Part shown: piece by piece, positions 10,101 through 18,046 of the stretch
Layout: the number at the start of each line of letters is the position of its first letter
Numbering within the stretch: position 1 is the stretch's first letter
Source of the DNA: Candidatus Stercoripulliclostridium sp.
GTDB taxonomy: Bacteria > Bacillota > Clostridia > Christensenellales > DTU072
Direction of reading: 5' to 3'
Assembly: GCA_045577735.1 (NCBI GenBank)
Contig: JAZNIY010000025.1
Span: 130,007-194,006 of the forward strand
Length of the DNA stretch: 64,000 nt
Notes under the pieces: generated by a model
Told to the model about the DNA's origin: nothing
Seen by the model: only the letters and a program-made list of their open reading frames with translations
The model's database searches: none
Translations under genes and position numbers: made by a program

Positions 10101-13100
10101 AATACAAGCAACCGAGGACGGCTGGAAACAAGTTTCTACCGATTCTATTTTGTCAAATAAGAATCAAATAGCATTTAACGGTAGCTTCTTCTTGGTTGCA
10201 ACCTCTAACGTGGTATTCTATTCTAATCACAAAACCTCTAACTACGAAGTAAGCTACGTAACCAATACTAATGTCGACATAGAGGCAAGGACCTATGCTC
10301 ACGGTATGCCCAGCGTTGAGCCTACCGACGTATTGTTCAAGGAAGAAATCGTTGATGAGGAAACAATAGAATACGTATTCATAGGTTGGTATACCGAACC
10401 CGAATTTAGAAACAAGTACGTATTCGGCACACAAGTTACTTCCGATCTTACCCTTTATGCTAGATGGGAAGCAAAGAGGGAGTACACCGAAGGCCTAATC
10501 TATACTTTGAATGAAAACGGAACGGCATATACCTTGACCGGTTTGGCAGAGGGCTTTGACAAAGATAGCGTAGTAGTTGCAAACTTCTACGGTAATCCCG
10601 GCTTGCCTGTTGATTCCATCGGGGCAGAAGCATTCGCAGGCAATACCACGATAAAGACTATTGACCTCCCCAATACTTTGGTTAACATCGGTCCCGGGGC
10701 CTTTATGGGAATGACGGCTCTTACAACCATCGATATACCTTCTGGTATTAAGATTATTCCCGACAATGCATTTAATGGTGATAGCGCTCTTGAAACGGTA
10801 ATCTTTGGCGATTATCCCATGGTTACTACAATAGGTAAGAATGCATTTGCAAAGAATAGCTCGTTGAAATATTCAGTTATAAACGGCGAAAAGAAGGCAT
10901 TTGCACTTCCTGATAGTTTGACTACTATTGAGAGTGGTGCGTTCTATAATTGTACAGCACTCACCGAAATATATATTCCCGAAAACGTAATTTCGATTGG
11001 GGATAATGCTTTTGCCGGTGCAAACGGCATTAGATACGCAGTCTTCTCGAGAGGTACTCCTGCAAATCTTGGAGCTAACGCATTCCAAAATTATACTTCT
11101 CTACAAAATGCATTTAGAGTTTACGTTCCCAACGTAACCTTGTATACCTCTGGTGCTGCTAACGCAAATTGGAAGTTATTAAAAGACAAGATTTACGACG
11201 TTGATAATATCATTAGAGTGGATGGTAAGGCAGAATGGGCATACACTTTGTCAATCGATAGCAAGATCATCCTTGTTCAATATCTTGGTGAATTGACGGA
11301 AGTCACAGTTCCCAACTCGGTTTCCATTCCTGCAATTAGTGCTAACCCAATTAACGTAGCATCAATAGGCGACTATGCATTTGATGGCAAGATTACTTCC
11401 ATTTCTATGGATACATTAGTAGGAATTAGTGCAAGAACCTTTGATACGGCAGAAAGCCTATATAACCTATCCATTACCGTAAGTACCACAAATGCTATTA
11501 ACGCAAATCATATTTACGATGCATATTCTAACGTAGCAAGCCTTAATACGTTAAGCATTTCTCCCAATACCACCATTTCCGAACTGTTCGGTGGTTCTGC
11601 ACCTACGGCTCTTACCATTGTTAAGACTCTTGCCGGCGCAAACAACGTTATGAATCCCAACTTCCTTGCAAACTGTGTTTACGTTAAGGAAGTAGTCATT
11701 AGTGGTAGAACGGAAAACGTCAGCTCAGAAGCATTCTTGAATTGTACCGCTCTCGAAAAAGTTGTATTCGACAATAGAGTTTACACGAGAGATCTTAAGA
11801 CGATAGGGGCTAACGCATTTAATGGTGCAATTTCACTTGCTACCTTTGAAATTTGGACAAATTCCGGCAATTCCTATGGTATACCTCAAAGCGTGAACAG
11901 CATTGGTGCAAACGCATTTGACGGCACCAAGTGGCTAAGAGCTAACGATAGCGATATGATCATTGTTGGTAATGGTATTCTATATCGCTATAACGGAAGC
12001 GAAGAAATAGTATCTATTCCCGCAAGTGTAACCTCTATTACTGCAAACGCATTTAACGGCAATGCTAAGATAAGACAGGTTTACGTAACCGATATTGAAA
12101 ACTCAATGCTTGTTGAAATTGGGGATAACGCATTTGCAAATTGCGTAAACCTCGAATCGGTAATCTTGCCCGCAAGCTTGGAAAAGATTGGTGCTAGCGC
12201 ATTTGAAAGTGACAATAAACTTGCAACGGTAGTTCACTTTGGCGACGGCGAGCCACAAAACGTAGGTAGCTACGCATTTAATAATACGCACTCTGAAATG
12301 AAGGTTTACCTACAATCATCTGCAAACGCTTGGTCAAACGCATACGTTAGCATGAAAGTGGGCACCCTTTCATTATTCGAAGAAGTAAAGATGAATGGTG
12401 ATACCGAAGAAAAATGGGTATGGGTTTATGGTAACTCAAGCGATGGAAACGGCATAATGATCGTTAAGGTACTAGGCATGATCGGTAGCAACGTCAACGT
12501 TGTTGTACCCGAACAATTAAATGGCCGTGACGTATATGAAATAGCAGACTATGCTCTACCTAGAACCACTCAAAAACTAGATTACTCAACCTTCATTAAG
12601 AACGTTGGCGATAAGCCATTTGGTGGCATTACCTTCCTAAAGGAAATAACCATTAGAAACAGCTACAACAACCATAGAACAGTGGCAAGCGCTATGATGA
12701 GCCTATTTACTCAAAATGAAGACGTAAGCCTGCTTAACACTATGGCAAGCATCTCAATTAAAGAGTTGATAGGTGGTATTCTTCCTGCGAACGTAAAGAC
12801 GGTTAATATTATTGATAGTGCAAACTCGATTGCAGACTCCTTCTTGGAAGACAACGCATACGTTGAAAACATTACTTTAACGGTATATGAAAAAGAAGGC
12901 GATGAGTTAAAGAATGCTACTGTAGTAGCCCTTGAAGACACGGCTACTATGGACAAGGCTCATAAGTTTGTTTCAATTGGTGCAAAGGCATTCCGCAATA
13001 CTGCTTGGATGAGTAACTATGCAAACGAATACGTAATTGTACTTAATGGTAATTTGGTTGATTACAAGGGCGCAAACAGCATCCTCGATATTCCTGAAAC

Positions 13101-16100
13101 CGTACAAAGCATTAATGGCAATATTTTCGAAAACGATCAATTTATAGAGGTTGTTAACATTCCTGCAAGTGTAACGACCATTGGTGATTTCGCATTCTTT
13201 GGCGCAAGCAAACTTACTAAGGTATTCATTAGTGGCGACAAGGCTCCCAGCATTGAAGCCGGCACCTTTGAAACCAACGTATTGAATGAAAGAGGTATCG
13301 AAATTTACGTTTCTGATACTGCGTTGAATGATGTAAATTCCGGTTACAGCTCTAACGCATGGTCAGGATTCAACCTATTGAGCGACAAGGGCATAGTTCA
13401 CATTAAGAATCAAGTTTCCACCAATGTTTACGAAGAGTATATCGTAAATAGCCAAACCAGCCAATTGTTACTATCTCGTAAGTACAAGGTGACCTATAGT
13501 GGAGATTCGGTATCCGAAATCGTGGAATATACTACCGTTACAGCACCTGTTTCCATTACTAATAAATCAAACGGATTGGTTTACGATATAATGGTACTTG
13601 GTAACAACGTATTTATGAGTGCAGTAAAGAATATTACGCTCGATATTGATCAATCCGTAGGCGCTCTAACGTTCAAAAACCTCGGAGACCTCGATACCGT
13701 TACTATATCTAACAATAATAGCATTTCCTTGGGATCACGCAGGTTGTTTGGTAGTGATATCGTTAATGTATTTAATGCTCACAACGCACTCACCATTGCT
13801 TATGACGGCTCCGTAACGTTAAGCGAACTCGTGGGACAAACGGGTGGAATAAATACTCTAGTAGGTGTTAAGATCGTTGACGGAGTTAAGGAAACCGTGG
13901 ACGAGCTACTAAAAGACTGGACGAACATTTCCAAAGTAACCTTCCCGCAAAGTATAGAAAAAGTTGGTATTCTTTCTCTTGAAGATACCGCTTGGTACAA
14001 AGATTATACCTCTCAAACCTATGGTAACGACTTCGTTGTAGTTGGTGGCTCCTTACTATATAAATATAAGGGCTCAACCAATCCCATTGTAATACCTAAC
14101 GAAGTAGAAATTATTAATACCGGTGCATTCAGTAATTATAGTGGTGGCGTATGGAGTTCCTCACTTTACGTAAAACAAATCAGATTTGAAAGTGGCTCCA
14201 AGGCACACACCATTTTGGATTATGCTTTTAGTGGATGTGCTCAACTTGGTAGTATTTTGTTGCCCACCTCTATGAGCAACATTGCTCCCAACGCCTTTGA
14301 CGGCACCAAGTTTAACGTAACTAACGGTATGCTCATAGTAAGTGGCGACAATGGTCAAGAAGCAACTCTCGTTAAGTTTACGGGCGATGAAAACGATCTC
14401 GTTGACGGCGTACTTACCATTCCTGCAAACGTTAAGAAGATTGCATCGGGAGCATTCCAAGACGTAACCGTAATTAAGAAGATTAATTACACAAGTAACT
14501 CTATCCTATCCATAATTTGCGAGGATGCATTTAATGGTGCAACTGCACTTGAAGAAGTACAATTGCCCTCTACGGTAGTATCAATCGGCAAGAATGCGTT
14601 CTACAACACCTTGTGGCTAGGCAAGGCAATTAATAGTGGTGCCGACGTTATGATTGGTAACGTACTATATCAAAAAGTTTTACCCGGCTCCACCTACACT
14701 TTGTATGATAACGTTATCTCCATCGTAGAAGGAGCACTTGCTCCAATAGTACCATTTACCATTGGTGGCTTAACCTATTCTACTATGGAAGAAGTAAGAG
14801 TAACATCGTTCGAAATTTCGGACGGCGCAATGCTACCTCAAGCAGAACTCCATTACATACTATCACAAGAATGGATGACCTCCGTACGTACCAATGGACA
14901 AGTAACCTTAAGTGGTCTAATTGGCTCTAGTGAACCCCTTGATAACATTACTAGCTTGAGCTTCTTGCCCGGTATTACCTCCATTGTTGCAGGATATGCA
15001 GAGAATTGGACCTCGGTAAACGACGTTTATAGCATAACTGCAAGCGTAACCGAAATTGGTGAAAACGCATTTAGAGGAACGGCGTGGTTCAATAACCAAA
15101 ATTACCCAGGATTCAATTATGCCGGTGAAAGCAAGGTTATTATCAAGTACGTTGGCGAAGAGGAGGACATAGTGATTGGTGCTCATGCCGGTGAACAAGC
15201 AACCGGTATAACGGCAGATGCCTTCAGAGATAACCCGTTTATTAAGAGCGTAACCTTCGGAGAATACTCCTCGATAAGCAAGATTCCTCAAGGAGCATTT
15301 AGTGGCTGTGTAAATCTCGCAACTGTAGTCTTTAATGATTACGTAACCGAATTTGGCGACGATGCATTTGCAGGCACTGCTTGGCTTGCAAATTACAACA
15401 ATGACTTTGTTATTATCGACGGAGCATTAATTGAATACAAGGGCGAGGGTGGTGACATTATAATTCCTAAGGAAGTAGAGAAGATTTACCCCTACGTATT
15501 CCGTGGAAACGAAACGATTACAAGCGTAACCTTCCATCCCAATTGCTTGATTAGTGCAATTGAAGCAAACATCTTCCGTGATTGTGTAAATCTTGCAGAA
15601 ATCAACATTAATGAAAACATCCTAAGTGTTGAAAGAAGTGCACTTGAAGGAACCGAGTGGTTGAAGACGGCATCCCAAAACAATGGTGTTCTCTACTATG
15701 AAAATACTTATTACGGCATTAAGCGTGCTGTATTGTACGTAGGTACTGCTTCCACGTTTACCCTACAAAACACCGTTACCGAAATTATGCCTAACGCATT
15801 TAGAGGGGTTACCACTCTAACACAACTTGTAATCAATGAAGGCAAGTTGACAAACATTCCCGACGGCGCATTCGAAGGATGTACTTCACTAAGCGAAGTA
15901 ACCATACCTACTAGTGTTTCCTACGTTGGTGAAAATGCATTTACCGGTACTCCTTGGCTTGCAAAACAAACGGCAGAGTTTGTAATTAGAAATGGTATCC
16001 TTATTAAATATAATGGAACTGCAACTAACGTTATTATCCCCGAAAACGTAACTATGATCGAAAGGGGAGTATTCGAAGGCACTTCCATTACCTCAATCGA

Positions 16101-17967
16101 TATGAGTGGCGCAAATATCGTACGCATACTCGATGGTACTTTCAAGGGACTCACAACTCTTCAAAGCGTAGTATTTAGTAGTGCAACAACCTACGTCGGA
16201 GAGGGCGCGTTCGAAGGCACCGCATACTTGAACAATGCTCCTAGTGGCTTGCTCATTGTAAACGACGTTGCACTAATTGCATACGTTGGTTCAGAATCTG
16301 ACGTAACCATACCTGCAACCGTAAGATACGTTAACAGTGACGTATTCCAAGGAAACGGCGCTCTAACCAACCTAACCCTTCTAGGCGAAATAGAGATTGC
16401 TCCTTATGCCTTTGTAGGTACCGCACTTGCAACCATAACCGGTGCAGAAAACATGACTGCAATAGGAACGGGCGCATTTGACGGAACTCCTTATGAAAAC
16501 AGCCAAACGAATGATGGATTTGTGGTTGTAGACGGATATTTGGTCGAATACCAAGGAACGGCTACCGAAATCATCATTCCTGCGAACGTAAATTACATTC
16601 CTGAAGGCGTATTTAGTGGCAATAAGAAGATTACCTCAGTTGACTTTAGCGCAGTAGGCGAAGCATCATCACTAATTATTGAAGCAAACGCATTCCGCAA
16701 CGCTATCAACTTGAGTAACGTAGTATTTAGCGATCGTATTGACTCAATAGGTGCACGTGCGTTCTACAATACTGCCTGGTTGAATGGCTACAATGAATCT
16801 CTCATAATCGCAAACGGCAAACTTCTTGCATACGTAGGCGAGGGCAATACCGTAACCATACCCAATACGGTTAAGACCTTTGCACAAAACGTATTCAAGG
16901 GCAACACCAACCTTACCACCCTACAATTCACAAGTGGAAGTGAAGTAGAGATTCCCGCTGAAGCATTCAAGGATTGTACCTCACTACTAAACATAACCTT
17001 TAACGGATCGTTGAAGATAGGTAAGGATGCATTCCTAAATACCGAGTGGTACAAGGAAGAAGCGAAGAAGACTGCAAATAAGGGCTTCATAGTTGTTAAT
17101 GGCATGCTCATTGCTTATGCCGGAACGGCAACAGAAATAGAAATTCTCTCCAAGATAACCTATATTTACGATTACGTATTCCGTGGCAATGAAAACATTA
17201 CCTCATTAAGCTTTGCAAGTGGCTCCGGCGTAACTTCCATTACCGGTGAAGCATTCGTAGGATGTTCACAACTACTAAACGTAAGATTCAACGCTAACCT
17301 CGTTGAACTTGATATGGGCGCATTCGAGGGCACTCCTTGGAAGGCAAGCCTAACTAGTGACTTCATAGTCGTTGGCAACAAACTTCTAGCTTACGTTGGC
17401 ATGGGTGGCGACGTTGTAATTCCTTCCGGCGTTGATGGTAATAGCATCCTAGAAATCTCCCCCAACGCATTCCAAGGAAACACGAGCATAACCTCCATCA
17501 GCTTTGGAGCAGGCTCATACCTCAACCGCATACCAGCATACGCATTTGCCGGCTGTGTAAACCTCGAAAAGGTAATCTTGCCCACTTCTATCGAGTACGT
17601 AGGAGTAAATGCGTTTGAGGGCACTAAGTGGCTTGCAAACGTAAAGGACGGTAATATTAGTGCTGAAGAGGGAAGCCTCGTAGGTGACGCTTTCGTATAT
17701 GACGGCAAGATGTTGTTCTACGTTGGTGAAGCAAGCACCTTTGAATTCCAACAAAGCGCTGGTATAACCCGCGTTACCAAGGGTGCTTTTGAAGGCTCAA
17801 CCGTAACGATAGTAGTAGCATACTTTGAGGATCCCGGTGCAGTTATCATAGACGAAGACGCCTTTGATTCCATAACTCGCATCTACGTAGCAGATGAAAT
17901 GGTTGAAATTTATCGTCTATATTGGAGCGATTATGCCCTCAAGATATTCGCCATAAGCGAAATGTAA
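7114..17967 (+). CDS. giant (3,617 aa) surface lipoprotein: Ig-like module, ~12 Listeria-Bacteroides (Flg_new) repeats, ~2,450 aa of BspA-type leucine-rich repeats
   Basis: Signal peptide with lipobox LVSC (Cys25). Recurrent G(Y/H)xFxGWY repeat motif across aa ~120-1120. Recurrent AFxGCxxLxxIxIPxSVxxIGxxAF (LRR_5/BspA) from aa ~1120 to ~3560. The 10,854-nt frame is uninterrupted and has an SD. Confidence 0.9.
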   Translation: MTNRLKFPVLMLTIIALTLAVLVSCTSVGIASVQVKEGCEYKTEYVIGDELDLTGIELVVTRTDGEVYTVLATDVRTDIKVMNFKTDVAQEALNVVIEYKGTATSILINVRDKAGSVAKYTVSFSTGEGQRVEPIMAGEFESITAPEDPTREGYVFDGWYKQSTLNDKWDFNIDKVVADTTLYAKWSKLYSITFKHDQNYTPGREDVVKYVKAGANLTDIPTVPPIEGMVGSWDRTNFTDIYSNIVVNAQYKVATFRVAFYYMDSDGVTPIELMVFENVPYKTNLAEVYADEIERLNTQEVPKYSEDGTRHFSGKWSQSFTEIVSDLNIEALYEINKYDVTFLRNYEEDTDPDFNPVYEVATGITHNNPVNSPTKGAPERPGYVFDGWYKNAQCTDGYNWNFDTDRVTGNINIYAKWTKLFYVRYWLSEDELYQTVEVREHGNAVRAPLPVKEGHSAEWVIISNEQQDPITNNTLENVMSDLNIYVRFTINTYRVTFYNYNGEKVNEQTVEYGKDATSPEEKPKRLGYKFVSWGQDENEYKNIKMDTDVTARFEADGFKVSVVPNVLGLETTFSIVASYDATIASNRDNATKLELNYDGYHFDGWYTDTAWTKPWNVNTTVFNVNSVVTNTPNRDNQSMEDKTAEVENRFSNNQNVIMTIYAKWSKIHTILLYDENDTPFDQMAIVNGEILLEESLPEIEKKEGKTGAWCERNSEVPFDFTSPIFNDVALSIVYTTNVYTVSFYKGIGDFHHSVQVEHNGRVEGAIPDPVVEGKVFKGWDKSLDQLIVENTDFMALFDPMYYTVLWIYNGITYATTEVEHGTQAIFPAGVDLPVREGYKLTQWTTSDVDLNGNALDVNSVKANMRVYPEWSINIYDVEFRDRDTNDIYLQYDGVTYHELQRKRYGDAIEVDVTVPNPVKEGMDFIGWTIGTLTVSYDNELASWVLTRESGEEGVHSFNTNSVSFILRGNKYYYSYETPTNIANMIASNWDASKIFEIQATEDGWKQVSTDSILSNKNQIAFNGSFFLVATSNVVFYSNHKTSNYEVSYVTNTNVDIEARTYAHGMPSVEPTDVLFKEEIVDEETIEYVFIGWYTEPEFRNKYVFGTQVTSDLTLYARWEAKREYTEGLIYTLNENGTAYTLTGLAEGFDKDSVVVANFYGNPGLPVDSIGAEAFAGNTTIKTIDLPNTLVNIGPGAFMGMTALTTIDIPSGIKIIPDNAFNGDSALETVIFGDYPMVTTIGKNAFAKNSSLKYSVINGEKKAFALPDSLTTIESGAFYNCTALTEIYIPENVISIGDNAFAGANGIRYAVFSRGTPANLGANAFQNYTSLQNAFRVYVPNVTLYTSGAANANWKLLKDKIYDVDNIIRVDGKAEWAYTLSIDSKIILVQYLGELTEVTVPNSVSIPAISANPINVASIGDYAFDGKITSISMDTLVGISARTFDTAESLYNLSITVSTTNAINANHIYDAYSNVASLNTLSISPNTTISELFGGSAPTALTIVKTLAGANNVMNPNFLANCVYVKEVVISGRTENVSSEAFLNCTALEKVVFDNRVYTRDLKTIGANAFNGAISLATFEIWTNSGNSYGIPQSVNSIGANAFDGTKWLRANDSDMIIVGNGILYRYNGSEEIVSIPASVTSITANAFNGNAKIRQVYVTDIENSMLVEIGDNAFANCVNLESVILPASLEKIGASAFESDNKLATVVHFGDGEPQNVGSYAFNNTHSEMKVYLQSSANAWSNAYVSMKVGTLSLFEEVKMNGDTEEKWVWVYGNSSDGNGIMIVKVLGMIGSNVNVVVPEQLNGRDVYEIADYALPRTTQKLDYSTFIKNVGDKPFGGITFLKEITIRNSYNNHRTVASAMMSLFTQNEDVSLLNTMASISIKELIGGILPANVKTVNIIDSANSIADSFLEDNAYVENITLTVYEKEGDELKNATVVALEDTATMDKAHKFVSIGAKAFRNTAWMSNYANEYVIVLNGNLVDYKGANSILDIPETVQSINGNIFENDQFIEVVNIPASVTTIGDFAFFGASKLTKVFISGDKAPSIEAGTFETNVLNERGIEIYVSDTALNDVNSGYSSNAWSGFNLLSDKGIVHIKNQVSTNVYEEYIVNSQTSQLLLSRKYKVTYSGDSVSEIVEYTTVTAPVSITNKSNGLVYDIMVLGNNVFMSAVKNITLDIDQSVGALTFKNLGDLDTVTISNNNSISLGSRRLFGSDIVNVFNAHNALTIAYDGSVTLSELVGQTGGINTLVGVKIVDGVKETVDELLKDWTNISKVTFPQSIEKVGILSLEDTAWYKDYTSQTYGNDFVVVGGSLLYKYKGSTNPIVIPNEVEIINTGAFSNYSGGVWSSSLYVKQIRFESGSKAHTILDYAFSGCAQLGSILLPTSMSNIAPNAFDGTKFNVTNGMLIVSGDNGQEATLVKFTGDENDLVDGVLTIPANVKKIASGAFQDVTVIKKINYTSNSILSIICEDAFNGATALEEVQLPSTVVSIGKNAFYNTLWLGKAINSGADVMIGNVLYQKVLPGSTYTLYDNVISIVEGALAPIVPFTIGGLTYSTMEEVRVTSFEISDGAMLPQAELHYILSQEWMTSVRTNGQVTLSGLIGSSEPLDNITSLSFLPGITSIVAGYAENWTSVNDVYSITASVTEIGENAFRGTAWFNNQNYPGFNYAGESKVIIKYVGEEEDIVIGAHAGEQATGITADAFRDNPFIKSVTFGEYSSISKIPQGAFSGCVNLATVVFNDYVTEFGDDAFAGTAWLANYNNDFVIIDGALIEYKGEGGDIIIPKEVEKIYPYVFRGNETITSVTFHPNCLISAIEANIFRDCVNLAEININENILSVERSALEGTEWLKTASQNNGVLYYENTYYGIKRAVLYVGTASTFTLQNTVTEIMPNAFRGVTTLTQLVINEGKLTNIPDGAFEGCTSLSEVTIPTSVSYVGENAFTGTPWLAKQTAEFVIRNGILIKYNGTATNVIIPENVTMIERGVFEGTSITSIDMSGANIVRILDGTFKGLTTLQSVVFSSATTYVGEGAFEGTAYLNNAPSGLLIVNDVALIAYVGSESDVTIPATVRYVNSDVFQGNGALTNLTLLGEIEIAPYAFVGTALATITGAENMTAIGTGAFDGTPYENSQTNDGFVVVDGYLVEYQGTATEIIIPANVNYIPEGVFSGNKKITSVDFSAVGEASSLIIEANAFRNAINLSNVVFSDRIDSIGARAFYNTAWLNGYNESLIIANGKLLAYVGEGNTVTIPNTVKTFAQNVFKGNTNLTTLQFTSGSEVEIPAEAFKDCTSLLNITFNGSLKIGKDAFLNTEWYKEEAKKTANKGFIVVNGMLIAYAGTATEIEILSKITYIYDYVFRGNENITSLSFASGSGVTSITGEAFVGCSQLLNVRFNANLVELDMGAFEGTPWKASLTSDFIVVGNKLLAYVGMGGDVVIPSGVDGNSILEISPNAFQGNTSITSISFGAGSYLNRIPAYAFAGCVNLEKVILPTSIEYVGVNAFEGTKWLANVKDGNISAEEGSLVGDAFVYDGKMLFYVGEASTFEFQQSAGITRVTKGAFEGSTVTIVVAYFEDPGAVIIDEDAFDSITRIYVADEMVEIYRLYWSDYALKIFAISEM

Positions 17968-18046
17968 GTCTTGGAACAAAAAAGAGTTAATCGGATTTAT
18001 CCGTTGACTATATAGCAAAAAAATAACAAAATAGGAGAAAAACGTT

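Noticed and set aside
7114-17967. The giant ORF as an assembly artefact of collapsed or expanded repeats.
   Set aside because: The repeats are diverged at the DNA level, and I could find only short identical stretches. The frame is intact for 10.9 kb with a proper signal peptide, SD and downstream terminator. Read-level confirmation is still advisable.
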